A stretch of DNA of 64,000 bases. It comes from Minisyncoccia bacterium (GTDB taxonomy: Bacteria > Patescibacteriota > Minisyncoccia > 2-02-FULL-40-12 > IGHO2-01-FULL-4-A). Positions 18,746-28,795 of this stretch are shown here, in pieces. The notes under the pieces were generated by a model. The model was given only the letters and a program-made list of their open reading frames with translations, made no database searches and was not told the DNA's origin. Numbering within the stretch: the first letter of the stretch is position 1; every line of letters begins with the position of its first letter. Where the stretch lies: the NCBI GenBank assembly GCA_050015375.1, contig JBEKBN010000005.1:1858-65857 (forward strand), read 5' to 3'. A program made the position numbers and the translations under genes.

Positions 18746-19636
18746 ATGAAAGGCCTAAGATTATTTTTGATGATTTTGGCGGGGCTGGCGCTTATTACCC
18801 TGTTTCCGCAGGCCGTTTTCGGCCAGAAAGACGGGGATACCCGGCAGATCTATGTGTATCTTCCTACTCAAGTTGTAGGATTAGATGGACCGGCCGGGAA
18901 TCCAAATACTTACGAATATTTAACAGTTATGACATTTACCGTGCGACCCGGTGTTCCTGGTAGTTTTTATGCCTGGCATTTCGATTCGTCCGGGAAGAAA
19001 ATGCAACTGAGGATTTCAGGCGTCAACGGTAGCAGTTTTGAGGCTACTGAGTCGGGGGGCAGTATTGTACCCGGGGGGAGTATTACTCTGACATATTCCT
19101 ATTGCCAAGATAATCAATTTGGCGGATGCCCAAATACTAACATACGTAGCGGCTGGACGCGTTTTCAGGTGGGACAAACTTTTTCAGTGGCGTCTGGGTG
19201 GCAATACGACACCCTGATTTCCGTTGTCTTTCAGCGACGAGACAATCTCGGGTTTCCAAAAATCGTTGCTGATGCTCCCGTTGTTGAGCTTGACACTTCT
19301 TTTATCATTCCGGCATCAGTGACAACCGGCGGAATTGATTCGGGTATTGCCATAGTTAATCCTTCTGACCAACTAGCCAACTTGTCATTCCAGATTTTTA
19401 ATGATGTTGGCCAACTGAAAGGGTCAAAGCAACTGACACTTAATGCCGCCTATCAGTTGAGTGAGTTTGTATCCCAGCTTTTTCCAAATTTACCATTGGA
19501 TGGACTGGGCAATATGCTGACATCCGGCCAGTTAAGGATTTCTTCTGACACACCAATTGCCGTTCTTTCGCTGAAGTCCTACACCGCTCCCGGTTTTTTC
19601 AATATGGGCGGCGGAGCGGCTTTCGTTGTCAAATAA
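18746..19636 (+). CDS. secreted beta-rich hypothetical protein
   Basis: Signal peptide, SGIAIVNP motif, good RBS. Confidence 0.75.
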   Translation: MKGLRLFLMILAGLALITLFPQAVFGQKDGDTRQIYVYLPTQVVGLDGPAGNPNTYEYLTVMTFTVRPGVPGSFYAWHFDSSGKKMQLRISGVNGSSFEATESGGSIVPGGSITLTYSYCQDNQFGGCPNTNIRSGWTRFQVGQTFSVASGWQYDTLISVVFQRRDNLGFPKIVADAPVVELDTSFIIPASVTTGGIDSGIAIVNPSDQLANLSFQIFNDVGQLKGSKQLTLNAAYQLSEFVSQLFPNLPLDGLGNMLTSGQLRISSDTPIAVLSLKSYTAPGFFNMGGGAAFVVK

Positions 19637-19802
19637 CCTTTCCAATCCCGATTGGTGAGCTCACACCGAACTCTCAGTCGGGGATTTTTTTTGGAATTTT
19701 TAACTAAATGAAACATTGACATTCCTATGTTAATGACCTATTATACCAACGACATCATCTAGGTTGTTTTTTGACAACCAAAGACAAAAGAAAAGAGGAA
19801 AA

Positions 19803-20111
19803 ATGACTAAGAAATTCCAGCGAACAATAGAAGAATTTACCCGTGGAAAGTGTGTTTTTACTGTGCTTGGAAACGGCTACACTAATCACTGCCCGCAATG
19901 CCTATGGAGTAAGCATGTTGATATAAATCCTAGCGACCGCCAGGCAATATGCCAAGGGTTTATGGAACCCGTGGGCATTGAGCTCAAGAGTGGGGAATAT
20001 ACTATCCTCCATCGCTGTGTTTCGTGCGGTTTTGAGAAACGGAATAAGACGTCAAAAGATGATAATTTTGATGTAATTCTCCGACTCTCGAGTCGTCCAA
20101 CCAAACATTAA
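19803..20111 (+). CDS. RNHCP domain protein
   Basis: YTNHCPQCLWSKHVDINP.DR...C.G.MEP...HRCVSCG; first Cys position is Arg. Confidence 0.8.
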   Translation: MTKKFQRTIEEFTRGKCVFTVLGNGYTNHCPQCLWSKHVDINPSDRQAICQGFMEPVGIELKSGEYTILHRCVSCGFEKRNKTSKDDNFDVILRLSSRPTKH

Positions 20112-20240
20112 TTATAGATTTATCTAATTTTTTAAGATATAATAAAAACGACAAATATCTTCGCCGTCTCGGGGGCAATTTGGAAATATCTTATCGGGAA
20201 ACACCAGTTTCCTTTTTGCCATAAATTCCCTTGATTTTTT

Positions 20241-20888
20241 CTAAGATTTGGAGGTTTTTTTGAGTATTTCCTCTAGATTTGGAAAGTTTGAGTTGAAGAT
20301 CTCGTCAATTTTTTCGATATTAAACCCTTGGGGAAGTTTCTGCATTTTACTTATTTCCGGCATGATTTTCGAGAATATTAGGTCAACAATCCTTTCTTTT
20401 TCCCAGTGACCAATATGATATTTAACTATTAAAGATTCGATATTTAGGTGTAAAATTTCGTGAATAATGGTTCTGCAAATTTCGTTTGGTTGTCTATTAT
20501 TGACATTGATAATTATTGTGCTGGGAGGATCGTAACTCCCGCCGACTCCATATTTTGTAAGAATAATTTTATATAATCCAAATCCTGTCGTTAGACCGTT
20601 TTTTTCTATATTGTTTTCAAGAATATCTGAGATCTTGCCCCATTCTGCATAAATCGAATTAGTCAATTTTTGGTATTCGTTTCGATCAAATTCGTCTTCC
20701 AATTTGTCAGTGATGGTGTCCAAATTAACATCTTCATAACCATCCATGACTATCTCAGAAATTCTGGCAGGTAGACTAATGTTATACCCTCTCTCTCGAT
20801 ACCATTTTAACTTTTTTAATGTATCTAAAACTCTCTCCACTTCAAACTTGAGAGAGAATTTGATTTTGATTTCAATCTGTTTGTTCAT
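20241..20888 (-). CDS. HExxH-motif hypothetical protein
   Basis: LTKYGVGGSY, TIIHEILH, HWEKERIVD. Confidence 0.7.
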   Translation of the reverse strand: MNKQIEIKIKFSLKFEVERVLDTLKKLKWYRERGYNISLPARISEIVMDGYEDVNLDTITDKLEDEFDRNEYQKLTNSIYAEWGKISDILENNIEKNGLTTGFGLYKIILTKYGVGGSYDPPSTIIINVNNRQPNEICRTIIHEILHLNIESLIVKYHIGHWEKERIVDLIFSKIMPEISKMQKLPQGFNIEKIDEIFNSNFPNLEEILKKTSKS

Positions 20889-20960
20889 AAAAAATTAGGG
20901 GTTAGCATAAGCTATGCTTATACTAACCCCTTTTGGAGAGAACAGCGCAACCGCGTCTGG

Positions 20961-21146
20961 TTAAACGCATTGCCCGGTAGTGCAGTCGCCAGTCACGACA
21001 TCACAACAGTTAATGCCGAACCGGTTTTGCAGGACAGAAGACGGCTGGGTGCTATCTTTCGAATCTTTCTTCAGATGATCCCCGGCCAAATTTACGAAGA
21101 GCAACTTCAATTCCTGCATACCACGATTACCCCTGTTTTTGACCAT
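20961..21146 (-). CDS. 61-aa peptide with Cys-rich C-terminus, candidate RiPP precursor
   Basis: ...RFGINCCDVVTGDCTTGQCV; starts 2 nt after the radical SAM stop, with AAGGAG RBS. Confidence 0.7.
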   Translation of the reverse strand: MVKNRGNRGMQELKLLFVNLAGDHLKKDSKDSTQPSSVLQNRFGINCCDVVTGDCTTGQCV

Positions 21147-21148
21147 AA

Positions 21149-22198
21149 CTAAGGATCTCCTTCCTTATTCGAGATCATACCAGAAAAGTCAAAACTATTC
21201 CACCACAGTGGACAACCTCCACGACACCACCACCTATAATCACAATTTGTGCACTTTCGATGACGAAAAACATCAATCGTTCTTCTAAGACGGCTCATTT
21301 CAGAGCCACTCCAAAAATCAATGAATGATTGTGAGCTGGAAATCACAGAATCAATTTCGGATGGACAAACAAGCTCAAATCCCGTCGTGTGAGTGCACAA
21401 AGAAATCGCACGGTTCTCCTTAATTGTTACCGCGTTGCCCGTAAAAACCGGGCAGTTAAACATCAATGACTTTTCCGCCATTATTTCTCTCAATGTCATT
21501 TCCTCTATAAGGCACCACGGTAAGCTAATGACGAAACAGCATTTCTGCTCCAATTTTTTACAAAGTCGAAAAATGTCTGGGATCGCATCAGCAATCAAGA
21601 CCGGATCGGTTTTATATTGCCTGGTATCATCCAAGGAAGGAAGACCGAAAGTGAAGCAAAGCGATTTTGCTTCGAACTTTTTTGCCAAAGCGATGCAATC
21701 TCCAACATTGCCCAGATTTTCCGGACATAGAACGACATTGACCGAAAAACCAATATTTCGATCACGCAGATTTTTCAATCCCTGGCACATTTCATCAAAT
21801 CCTTCCGATGCGCCCGTGTTTGCAAAATAGTGCTCCCGATTGGTTCCGTGCATAGAAACAGAAATACTGAGATGAGGGATGTTTTTTATTACTGACAAGG
21901 GAATGCCATTTGAAAACGATCTCCCGTTGGTAATTAAATTACAGAACTGAAAAAAACTACACAAGTCATCTGCAATTGAAGAAAATTCTGGATGAAGAGT
22001 CGGTTCGCCGCCCGTAATTACGCAGGATTTCGTCCCGCATTCGGACAAGGTTTTTGCAACCCTGACAATAAAATCGCGATTCAAAAAAGTTGCTATTTCC
22101 GACCCCTTACGCAAACACCACAAACAATCGTTGTCGCAAATCCCAGTTAGTGACAACCATACTCGATTTGGTACGACGTTTTGCAACTTTTCAGCCAT
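21149..22198 (-). CDS. radical SAM/SPASM protein
   Basis: CDNDCLWC, ITGGEPTLH, CTNCDYRWWCRGGC; GGAGGT RBS before ATG 22198. Confidence 0.9.
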   Translation of the reverse strand: MAEKLQNVVPNRVWLSLTGICDNDCLWCLRKGSEIATFLNRDFIVRVAKTLSECGTKSCVITGGEPTLHPEFSSIADDLCSFFQFCNLITNGRSFSNGIPLSVIKNIPHLSISVSMHGTNREHYFANTGASEGFDEMCQGLKNLRDRNIGFSVNVVLCPENLGNVGDCIALAKKFEAKSLCFTFGLPSLDDTRQYKTDPVLIADAIPDIFRLCKKLEQKCCFVISLPWCLIEEMTLREIMAEKSLMFNCPVFTGNAVTIKENRAISLCTHTTGFELVCPSEIDSVISSSQSFIDFWSGSEMSRLRRTIDVFRHRKCTNCDYRWWCRGGCPLWWNSFDFSGMISNKEGDP

Positions 22199-22441
22199 AA
22201 ATACCTCCGAATAATAGCAAAAATGTTTTTTATTGTGTTGTAAACGAACAATTATAAAGATACTAGAATATTGCATTTTTGTCAAAATATATTAGAATAT
22301 TTAGAATAATAAAAAACATTACCACTTCAACTGCCACTATGGGTTTCCGAAGTTTTTCCATGTATAATTAAGGCAATAAACATCTTCACCGCCTCGGGGA
22401 ATAATTTAGAGAAGCCCTGGTTATTTTCAAAAAGTTGATAA

Positions 22442-25400
22442 ATGATGTTGTTCACAATTTCCGGGATTGGTATAATTGAGACAATGAGAAGCGGGGCAAT
22501 TTCTTATAGAAGACAAGGAGTAGTTTTGATTTCGGTTTTGGTTTTGTCTTTTGTTGTCATCTTTTTATCTTTTTCCGATGCTCAAGCTAGGACCTGCTCG
22601 ATAAATAACGTTCATCCAACCTTTTTATATGGTGACGGCACCCAAACCGCGCCTTTTGCGGCTGACGGTTACCGAGCGAAAATTGGCTCTGTTGATTATT
22701 CGTATCAACCACCGTTGTGTGGAAACTCGGGGATTATTTCGATAACACCTTCGGATCGAACCTATGTCCCGGGTGTCAATATTAATGTTACGCACAGCCT
22801 AAAGGGCTCTGTTGATTCCCCGGATTGGATTTATATCTCGGTTCAAAGAGATGTCCCGCCCGGAAATTATCCCGTCTCATTTGATAGCGTCGTTAATGTT
22901 GGCGGAGGAATGTGTCAGATTGATACATATAACGGTCCGTGCGACGGTTTTGGCTTTACCATAATGGGCAACTCACTTGTCGTAGCAATCAGTCCGGCGG
23001 GAGGCGGGACTGTAACCGGAGGCCACGATATACATTGTCCGAGTAATTGTACAGATGAAGATTCCGAACTTATTAGTGGCTGGGGTAATGGCACCGGCTA
23101 CTCAACTGCCGAAAGTGTTACTTTAACCGCTACCCCTAATACCGGATATGCTTTTGACCATTGGAGCGGAGTTCCTAATACTGGTGATTGTAACGGCTCG
23201 ACAACCACAACATGTAATATGCCCATGTCGATATCAAGAAGTGTAACAGCGGTTTTTCGCGCCACTTCTAATCCGAAACCGAAGGTGGATCTTAGCTCAA
23301 TTATGTCTTATTTCAGTTATCCGACTAAGGATTTAGGAAATAATTCCGTTTCGGTAACAAATGATGGAGATGCTGGAAGCTTGTTAAATTATAGTTATGG
23401 AAAATACGGTCACTTAGCTTCAAGATTTGAATTTAAAGATGCTTCAGATCAAAATAATAATTACAGTTGGCTTGATAAAATTAAAAATATTCTGATTAAT
23501 ATTGCTGACGCCACGGTAAATTTACACGATGGTCTATTAGGTGATGGCGGTGTGCCCCTAGCTAAAGATGTATGGAGAGCCGGGTGGTATGATGGGAGTT
23601 TCAGCGATAACGACATTGCTGGTTTGCATCGCGGAGATAATCCTGTTGCTGTGATTACTGAAACTTGTGAAACTGTGGGTGGCTGCCTTGGTTCCCAAAC
23701 CGCTTCTCACTCGATTATCTACAACATCCCCGATCCATACATTAAGATAAACGGCAAACTTTACGAAACAATTTCGGCAACTTCCGGCCAGCAACTTAAT
23801 ATCGTAATCTCTAGCGGAAACCTTAATACTACGACTCCTACCGTTGTTCCCTCAACAACCGGTTATACCGACCTTTCCGGTATTTGTTATGGCTTGAATG
23901 GCCATTGCATTTTCAACGCTCCCGCCTCTACCACGATTTACGAGATTCGAGTCAAGGGTGTTTCCAATGACGACTACGCAACCGATTCAGGCAATTTCGT
24001 TTCCGCTTTCTTGACTGTGAACATCGGCCAGCCGCCATCTGGCTGTCTCCCCGGCGCGGTTTCACTTTCGGGCTATTCCATTCCCGTTGGTGATTCTGTT
24101 ACTGCTTCAATCCCATCCGGCTGGAGCGGTAGTGGCGCTTTCATTTCTAGTGATGCCACTGTCGCTTCCGTTGGTCCAACAAGCGGCGTAGTTACTGGCA
24201 ACAAAGTCGGTAGCGCCAGTATCAGCGGCACCGGCTGGACCGATCCCAGCGGCAAAACAAATTGTCCTTTGGACAATTCAAATGTCTTATCTATCGGGCC
24301 GCCGCCTTCTAGCCCGCCGCCGCCTTCTGGCGCAGTTTCTGTTTCTCTGACCGCAGACCCCGATACTGTTGACTACGGCCACTCTTCTACTCTGACCTGG
24401 GTTCCGACCAATGCTACCTCTTGCACCTCAACTAATCTGCCAGCCGGCAATTGGTCAACCGGCGACTCCGGGAGCGTTTTCACCGGTTCCCTGACTGGCA
24501 CTACAACTTATTACATAACCTGCACCGGCTCAGATGGCACAGCTAACGCCACCGCCACGGTTGATGTTAGGTTGCCATCAAGCGTCCTAGCCGCCAATCT
24601 TACCATCAAAGACGATGACCAAAACGTCATCAATGTCGCCATTGTTAACAGCTATGTTAATCTCTACGTCGATGCGTCTGCCGACACAGGGCAACATATT
24701 ACTAATGTGAAATTTTGTTCCGATGACACGCCGGGCGACCATTCTTGCGACAGTTCATGGACGAATGTCTATGATTGGACGATCAGTAACAACGGCTTCG
24801 GCATTCCGTGGAACGCTGTCTATAAAAGAATGAAGTGGTCTTTCGCTACACCCGGCATTAAGGGCGTCTATGTTCGAGTTCAGGAGAATGGTGGAACCTG
24901 GTCAAGTATTGCCGAAGCCGACATCACGATTAACGATACTTTTTGGAAACTTCATGTTTATAAAAACGGCTCTGGCGATGGCACTGTCCAGCTCAATTGG
25001 GATGATAGCATATTTGATACCTTAACTTGTGGGTCTGATACATCATGGTCGGACTGTAACGCTGGCACTAGGCAGGTCAATAGATCTAGCGTCTATGTCC
25101 TAGCAGCAGATGTCACAACTCAGCTTCATGCCTCTCCCGCCACCGGCTCTACTTTTGCCGGCTGGTCTGGCAGCGGTTGTTCGGGCACCGGCGGTTGCGC
25201 TGTTACCCCGGCTGGCGATGCCAATGGTTATTTGTATCCCGGCTCGCCGGACAATAGTGTCACTGCCACATTCAATACTCTGGCAACCCCGACTCCTCCT
25301 CCGGGCAACAGCAATCCCAACACTCCTTCAAGTGTCGCCGCGCCGGGCAGTGTTGATTATTGCGCCGGTCTGGCGGCGAGTGTGAACTGGACATATTCTG

Positions 25401-25981
25401 ACACGGACAATAATCCAGTTGGGACTGATCCCCAAAGCGCCTATGATGTAAACATATTAGCTTCTGGTTTTTCTTTCGACACTGGCAAAGTTATGAGTAG
25501 CGGCAACTCATATTCCATTGATCCATCTAAATTAGCCCCGGCAACTACATACAGCGCCAAGGTTAAGGTCTGGGATTCACATAACGCCGCCAGTCCTTGG
25601 TCGTCGGTTGTCTCGTGGACAACGCCGCCCTATCACTATCCGGGTCCGGCTGATTTCACTCCGACGCCGGCAAATATTACCCACGCCAATACCTCGACCC
25701 AGTTCACAGATAAAACAAATTATTATTCCGGCGGCACGCCCTCCCAGCTCTGGACTTTCGCGAATCTTTCCACCGGAGCTCCGGCGACGACTTTCACTTC
25801 CGCTACTCCGACATTCTCATTCCCGACAGCCGGACTTTGGTCCGTGTCGTTAGTTGCCAGTAAAGGGACCTACGCCTGCAGCTCGGGTACTTGCAACGCC
25901 GTTTGCACGCCCAAAGACATCTTTGTCAATGTCGGCAATGTTCCCGTTCCTTCCTGGATAGAAGTTCCGCCTGCGAAGTAG
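22442..25981 (+). CDS. large secreted surface protein (InlB-B/Ig-like, FN3, PKD-like domains)
   Basis: Signal/TM segment, VTLTATPNTGYAFDHWSG and ASPATGSTFAGWSG repeats, S/T/G/P-rich, ends PSWIEVPPAK; start uncertain. Confidence 0.8.
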   Translation: MMLFTISGIGIIETMRSGAISYRRQGVVLISVLVLSFVVIFLSFSDAQARTCSINNVHPTFLYGDGTQTAPFAADGYRAKIGSVDYSYQPPLCGNSGIISITPSDRTYVPGVNINVTHSLKGSVDSPDWIYISVQRDVPPGNYPVSFDSVVNVGGGMCQIDTYNGPCDGFGFTIMGNSLVVAISPAGGGTVTGGHDIHCPSNCTDEDSELISGWGNGTGYSTAESVTLTATPNTGYAFDHWSGVPNTGDCNGSTTTTCNMPMSISRSVTAVFRATSNPKPKVDLSSIMSYFSYPTKDLGNNSVSVTNDGDAGSLLNYSYGKYGHLASRFEFKDASDQNNNYSWLDKIKNILINIADATVNLHDGLLGDGGVPLAKDVWRAGWYDGSFSDNDIAGLHRGDNPVAVITETCETVGGCLGSQTASHSIIYNIPDPYIKINGKLYETISATSGQQLNIVISSGNLNTTTPTVVPSTTGYTDLSGICYGLNGHCIFNAPASTTIYEIRVKGVSNDDYATDSGNFVSAFLTVNIGQPPSGCLPGAVSLSGYSIPVGDSVTASIPSGWSGSGAFISSDATVASVGPTSGVVTGNKVGSASISGTGWTDPSGKTNCPLDNSNVLSIGPPPSSPPPPSGAVSVSLTADPDTVDYGHSSTLTWVPTNATSCTSTNLPAGNWSTGDSGSVFTGSLTGTTTYYITCTGSDGTANATATVDVRLPSSVLAANLTIKDDDQNVINVAIVNSYVNLYVDASADTGQHITNVKFCSDDTPGDHSCDSSWTNVYDWTISNNGFGIPWNAVYKRMKWSFATPGIKGVYVRVQENGGTWSSIAEADITINDTFWKLHVYKNGSGDGTVQLNWDDSIFDTLTCGSDTSWSDCNAGTRQVNRSSVYVLAADVTTQLHASPATGSTFAGWSGSGCSGTGGCAVTPAGDANGYLYPGSPDNSVTATFNTLATPTPPPGNSNPNTPSSVAAPGSVDYCAGLAASVNWTYSDTDNNPVGTDPQSAYDVNILASGFSFDTGKVMSSGNSYSIDPSKLAPATTYSAKVKVWDSHNAASPWSSVVSWTTPPYHYPGPADFTPTPANITHANTSTQFTDKTNYYSGGTPSQLWTFANLSTGAPATTFTSATPTFSFPTAGLWSVSLVASKGTYACSSGTCNAVCTPKDIFVNVGNVPVPSWIEVPPAK

Positions 25982-26068
25982 CCGGTTGCCGCGACAAATA
26001 TATTTTCAAAAAGAAGTCCCAAGGGGCTTCTTTTTTGCCGCTGAATGTGATAGATTTGGCATATATCC

Positions 26069-28072
26069 ATGACCAAATCTGAAGCCAAAACCAGGATCGA
26101 AAAATTGAAAGTCCTCATCAACAAATACCGCTACAGCCGGTTGGTCTTGAATAAAGAATTGGTTGAAGAATCGGTCGAGGACTCGCTTAAAAAAGAACTT
26201 TTCGATCTGGAGCAGGAATTTCCCGATCTGGTCACGCCGGATTCGCCGACCCAGCGCGTCGGCGGAAAACCGCTGGAAAAATTTGAGAAATTCGCCCATC
26301 CGGCGAGGATGCTTTCATTCAACGACGCTTTCAGCCGTGAGGACATGGAGGAATGGCTCGAAAGATTGAAAAGGATCGACTCACGCGCCGTTGACGGCGG
26401 ATTTTATTGCGAACTCAAACTCGACGGGCTGGCGATTGAAATGATATATAAAGACGGAATTTTTACGACCGGAGCAACACGGGGTGATGGGACGATCGGT
26501 GAAAACGTGACCCAAAATCTGAGAACGATCGAAGCCGTTCCGCTTTCACTACAAACTACAAACTACTCACTACCAACTACTCTCGTCGTCCGCGGCGAAG
26601 CTCTGGTCACGAAAAAAGAATTCGCTCGGATAAATAAAGAACAGAAAAAATTGGATTTGCCGGTCTATGCCAATCCGCGCAATCTTGCCGCCGGTTCCAT
26701 CCGCCAGCTCGATCCCGCCGTCATGGCCGGCCGGAAACTTGATTCCAATGCCTATTCTCTTATCACCGATCTCGGCCAAAAGGTTCACGAGGACGAGCAC
26801 AAAATTCTCCACCAACTCGGATTCAAAACCAATCCTCATTGCAAATTTTGCAAAAACATGGACGAAGTCCAAAAATTCCGCGATCACTGGGAGAAACATC
26901 GTGTTGACCTAGATTACGAAATTGACGGCATTGTGGTCATCGTCAACAACAACCAAATGTTCCGAAAACTCGGTGTCGTCGGCAAAGCGCCCCGCGGCGG
27001 CATCGCCTATAAATTCTCGCCCAAAGAATCCACGACAAAATTGAAGGACATCATTGTCAGCGTTGGCCGGACGGGAATTTTGACGCCGGTGGCGGTGCTT
27101 GAACCGGTTGAGATCGGCGGCACGACGGTCTCGCGGGCGACGCTTCACAATGAAGATGAGATCAAACGCCTGAATGTGAAAATAGGGGACACGGTAGTGG
27201 TCGGCCGGGCCGGCGATGTCATTCCCGATATCAAAAAATCACTTGTCGAACTTCGAACCGGCAAGGAGAAAAATTTTCATTTTCCGGCAAAATGCCCGGT
27301 TTGTCGTGAGCCTGTCGAACGATCCGAGGGTGAAGCCGCCTACAAATGCGTCAACAAAAACTGCCCCGCCATCAAGCGCGAGGCGATCTATCATTTTGTC
27401 TCCAGAGCGGCCGTGGATATTGACCGCGTCGGCCCGAAGATCATTGACCAGCTGATGGACACGGGTCTTATCAAAGACGCCGCCGATCTGTATGTCTTGA
27501 AAAAAGACGACTTGCTGAATCTGGAACGTTTTGCCGACAAATCCGCCGACAATGTCATTTCGTCGATCCAATCCAGAAAAGAAATTCCGCTTGACCGATT
27601 CATTTTCGCTCTTGGCATTCCCCATGTCGGTTCGGAAACGGCGGTGGACTTGGCGCGGCGGTTCGGAACGCTGGAAAAAGTAGGCCAAGCCGAACTTGAA
27701 GAGTTGAATATTATCCGAGATATCGGCGAAATTGTCGCCAAAAGCATTTATGATTGGTTCCGGCAAAATTACAATCAGAAACTTTTGGAAAAATTCAAAA
27801 ATGTCAGCGTTCACATTTTGAAACAGGAATCCACCCAAAAATCAAAAAAACTCGAAGGCCTGACATTCGTTTTTACCGGTTCGCTGGAAACCATGAGCCG
27901 CGAACAGGCGGAAGAAATGACCCGCGAAAACGGCGGCGACGCTTCGTCATCGGTTTCGAAAGAAACCAGCTATGTCGTCGCCGGAAATGAACCCGGCTCG
28001 AAATACGACAAAGCAAAGAAACTCGGAGTGAAAGTCATCTCCGAACCCGATTTCTTGAAAATGATAAAATAG
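26069..28072 (+). CDS. ligA: NAD-dependent DNA ligase
   Basis: ELKLDGLA, TRGDG, ANPRNLAAGS, C4 Zn finger, BRCT domain. Confidence 0.97.
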   Translation: MTKSEAKTRIEKLKVLINKYRYSRLVLNKELVEESVEDSLKKELFDLEQEFPDLVTPDSPTQRVGGKPLEKFEKFAHPARMLSFNDAFSREDMEEWLERLKRIDSRAVDGGFYCELKLDGLAIEMIYKDGIFTTGATRGDGTIGENVTQNLRTIEAVPLSLQTTNYSLPTTLVVRGEALVTKKEFARINKEQKKLDLPVYANPRNLAAGSIRQLDPAVMAGRKLDSNAYSLITDLGQKVHEDEHKILHQLGFKTNPHCKFCKNMDEVQKFRDHWEKHRVDLDYEIDGIVVIVNNNQMFRKLGVVGKAPRGGIAYKFSPKESTTKLKDIIVSVGRTGILTPVAVLEPVEIGGTTVSRATLHNEDEIKRLNVKIGDTVVVGRAGDVIPDIKKSLVELRTGKEKNFHFPAKCPVCREPVERSEGEAAYKCVNKNCPAIKREAIYHFVSRAAVDIDRVGPKIIDQLMDTGLIKDAADLYVLKKDDLLNLERFADKSADNVISSIQSRKEIPLDRFIFALGIPHVGSETAVDLARRFGTLEKVGQAELEELNIIRDIGEIVAKSIYDWFRQNYNQKLLEKFKNVSVHILKQESTQKSKKLEGLTFVFTGSLETMSREQAEEMTRENGGDASSSVSKETSYVVAGNEPGSKYDKAKKLGVKVISEPDFLKMIK

Positions 28073-28074
28073 TT

Positions 28075-28745
28075 TTCGTTCCATTATGAACATATGTTCG
28101 TAATGGAACGAACCGAATCATTAATAGGTTTAAGAAAAACTCATTCGCCACGAAATTATTATCCACGCTCAAAGTTACCGGTATTGTTTTATTATGCGCT
28201 ACGAGTCCAAATTTTGGTTTGCGTTTGGTAGAAGGTGCGATAAAAGAATTGTCCGGCAAGAATAAAAGAAAAGAATGGAACAAGATCAATCAAACCTTAC
28301 GGTATCTTAAGAAAAAGCGACAAGTTCAGATAATAACCCGCGATATTAATAGTGTTGGTTTAAAGATTACTGACGAGGGTCGGAAAATTGCGGATTTTGT
28401 CGATGTCACGAATCTAAAACTTCGAAAAAATTCCATTTGGGATGGGAAATGGAGGATTGTTATATTTGACGTCCCCAACGACAAAAGCAAGAATCGCTTA
28501 GCTTTTATTAGAGAGTTAAAGGACCTTGGTTTTATAATGGTTCAACGAAGTGTCTGGGCTTATCCTTATGAGTGCCGAAAAGAAGTTGAGATAATTAGGA
28601 ATTATTTTGAAATAGGCAAATTTGTAACATATATTGAATCTTCGGAAATCGAAGATGGCCACCTTTGGTTAAAACGATTCAAGGAAACAGTTTAGGTAAA
28701 AACCACATTCATTCCATAATGAACATATGTTCATTATGGAATGAA
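28075..28745. repeat. two related 38-bp palindromes (28075-28112, 28708-28745) bounding one gene
   Basis: TTCRTTCCATWATGAACATATGTTCRTWATGGAAYGAA. Confidence 0.85.
28219..28695 (+). CDS. PaaX-like wHTH + Cas2-like fold protein
   Basis: ITDEG, WDGKWRIVIFDVP, LGFIMVQRSVWAYPY; frame is open from 28090, so the true start may be upstream. Confidence 0.8.
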   Translation: MRLVEGAIKELSGKNKRKEWNKINQTLRYLKKKRQVQIITRDINSVGLKITDEGRKIADFVDVTNLKLRKNSIWDGKWRIVIFDVPNDKSKNRLAFIRELKDLGFIMVQRSVWAYPYECRKEVEIIRNYFEIGKFVTYIESSEIEDGHLWLKRFKETV

Positions 28746-28795
28746 GATATTAGTTGGTATTGTTTCGCAAGGTATTTTCGTGATATTTTTAAGAT

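Noticed and set aside
28075-28745. CRISPR locus (Cas2-like fold plus palindromic repeats)
   Set aside because: Only two repeats, about 600 bp apart and enclosing a gene; no spacers and no cas1 or effector genes
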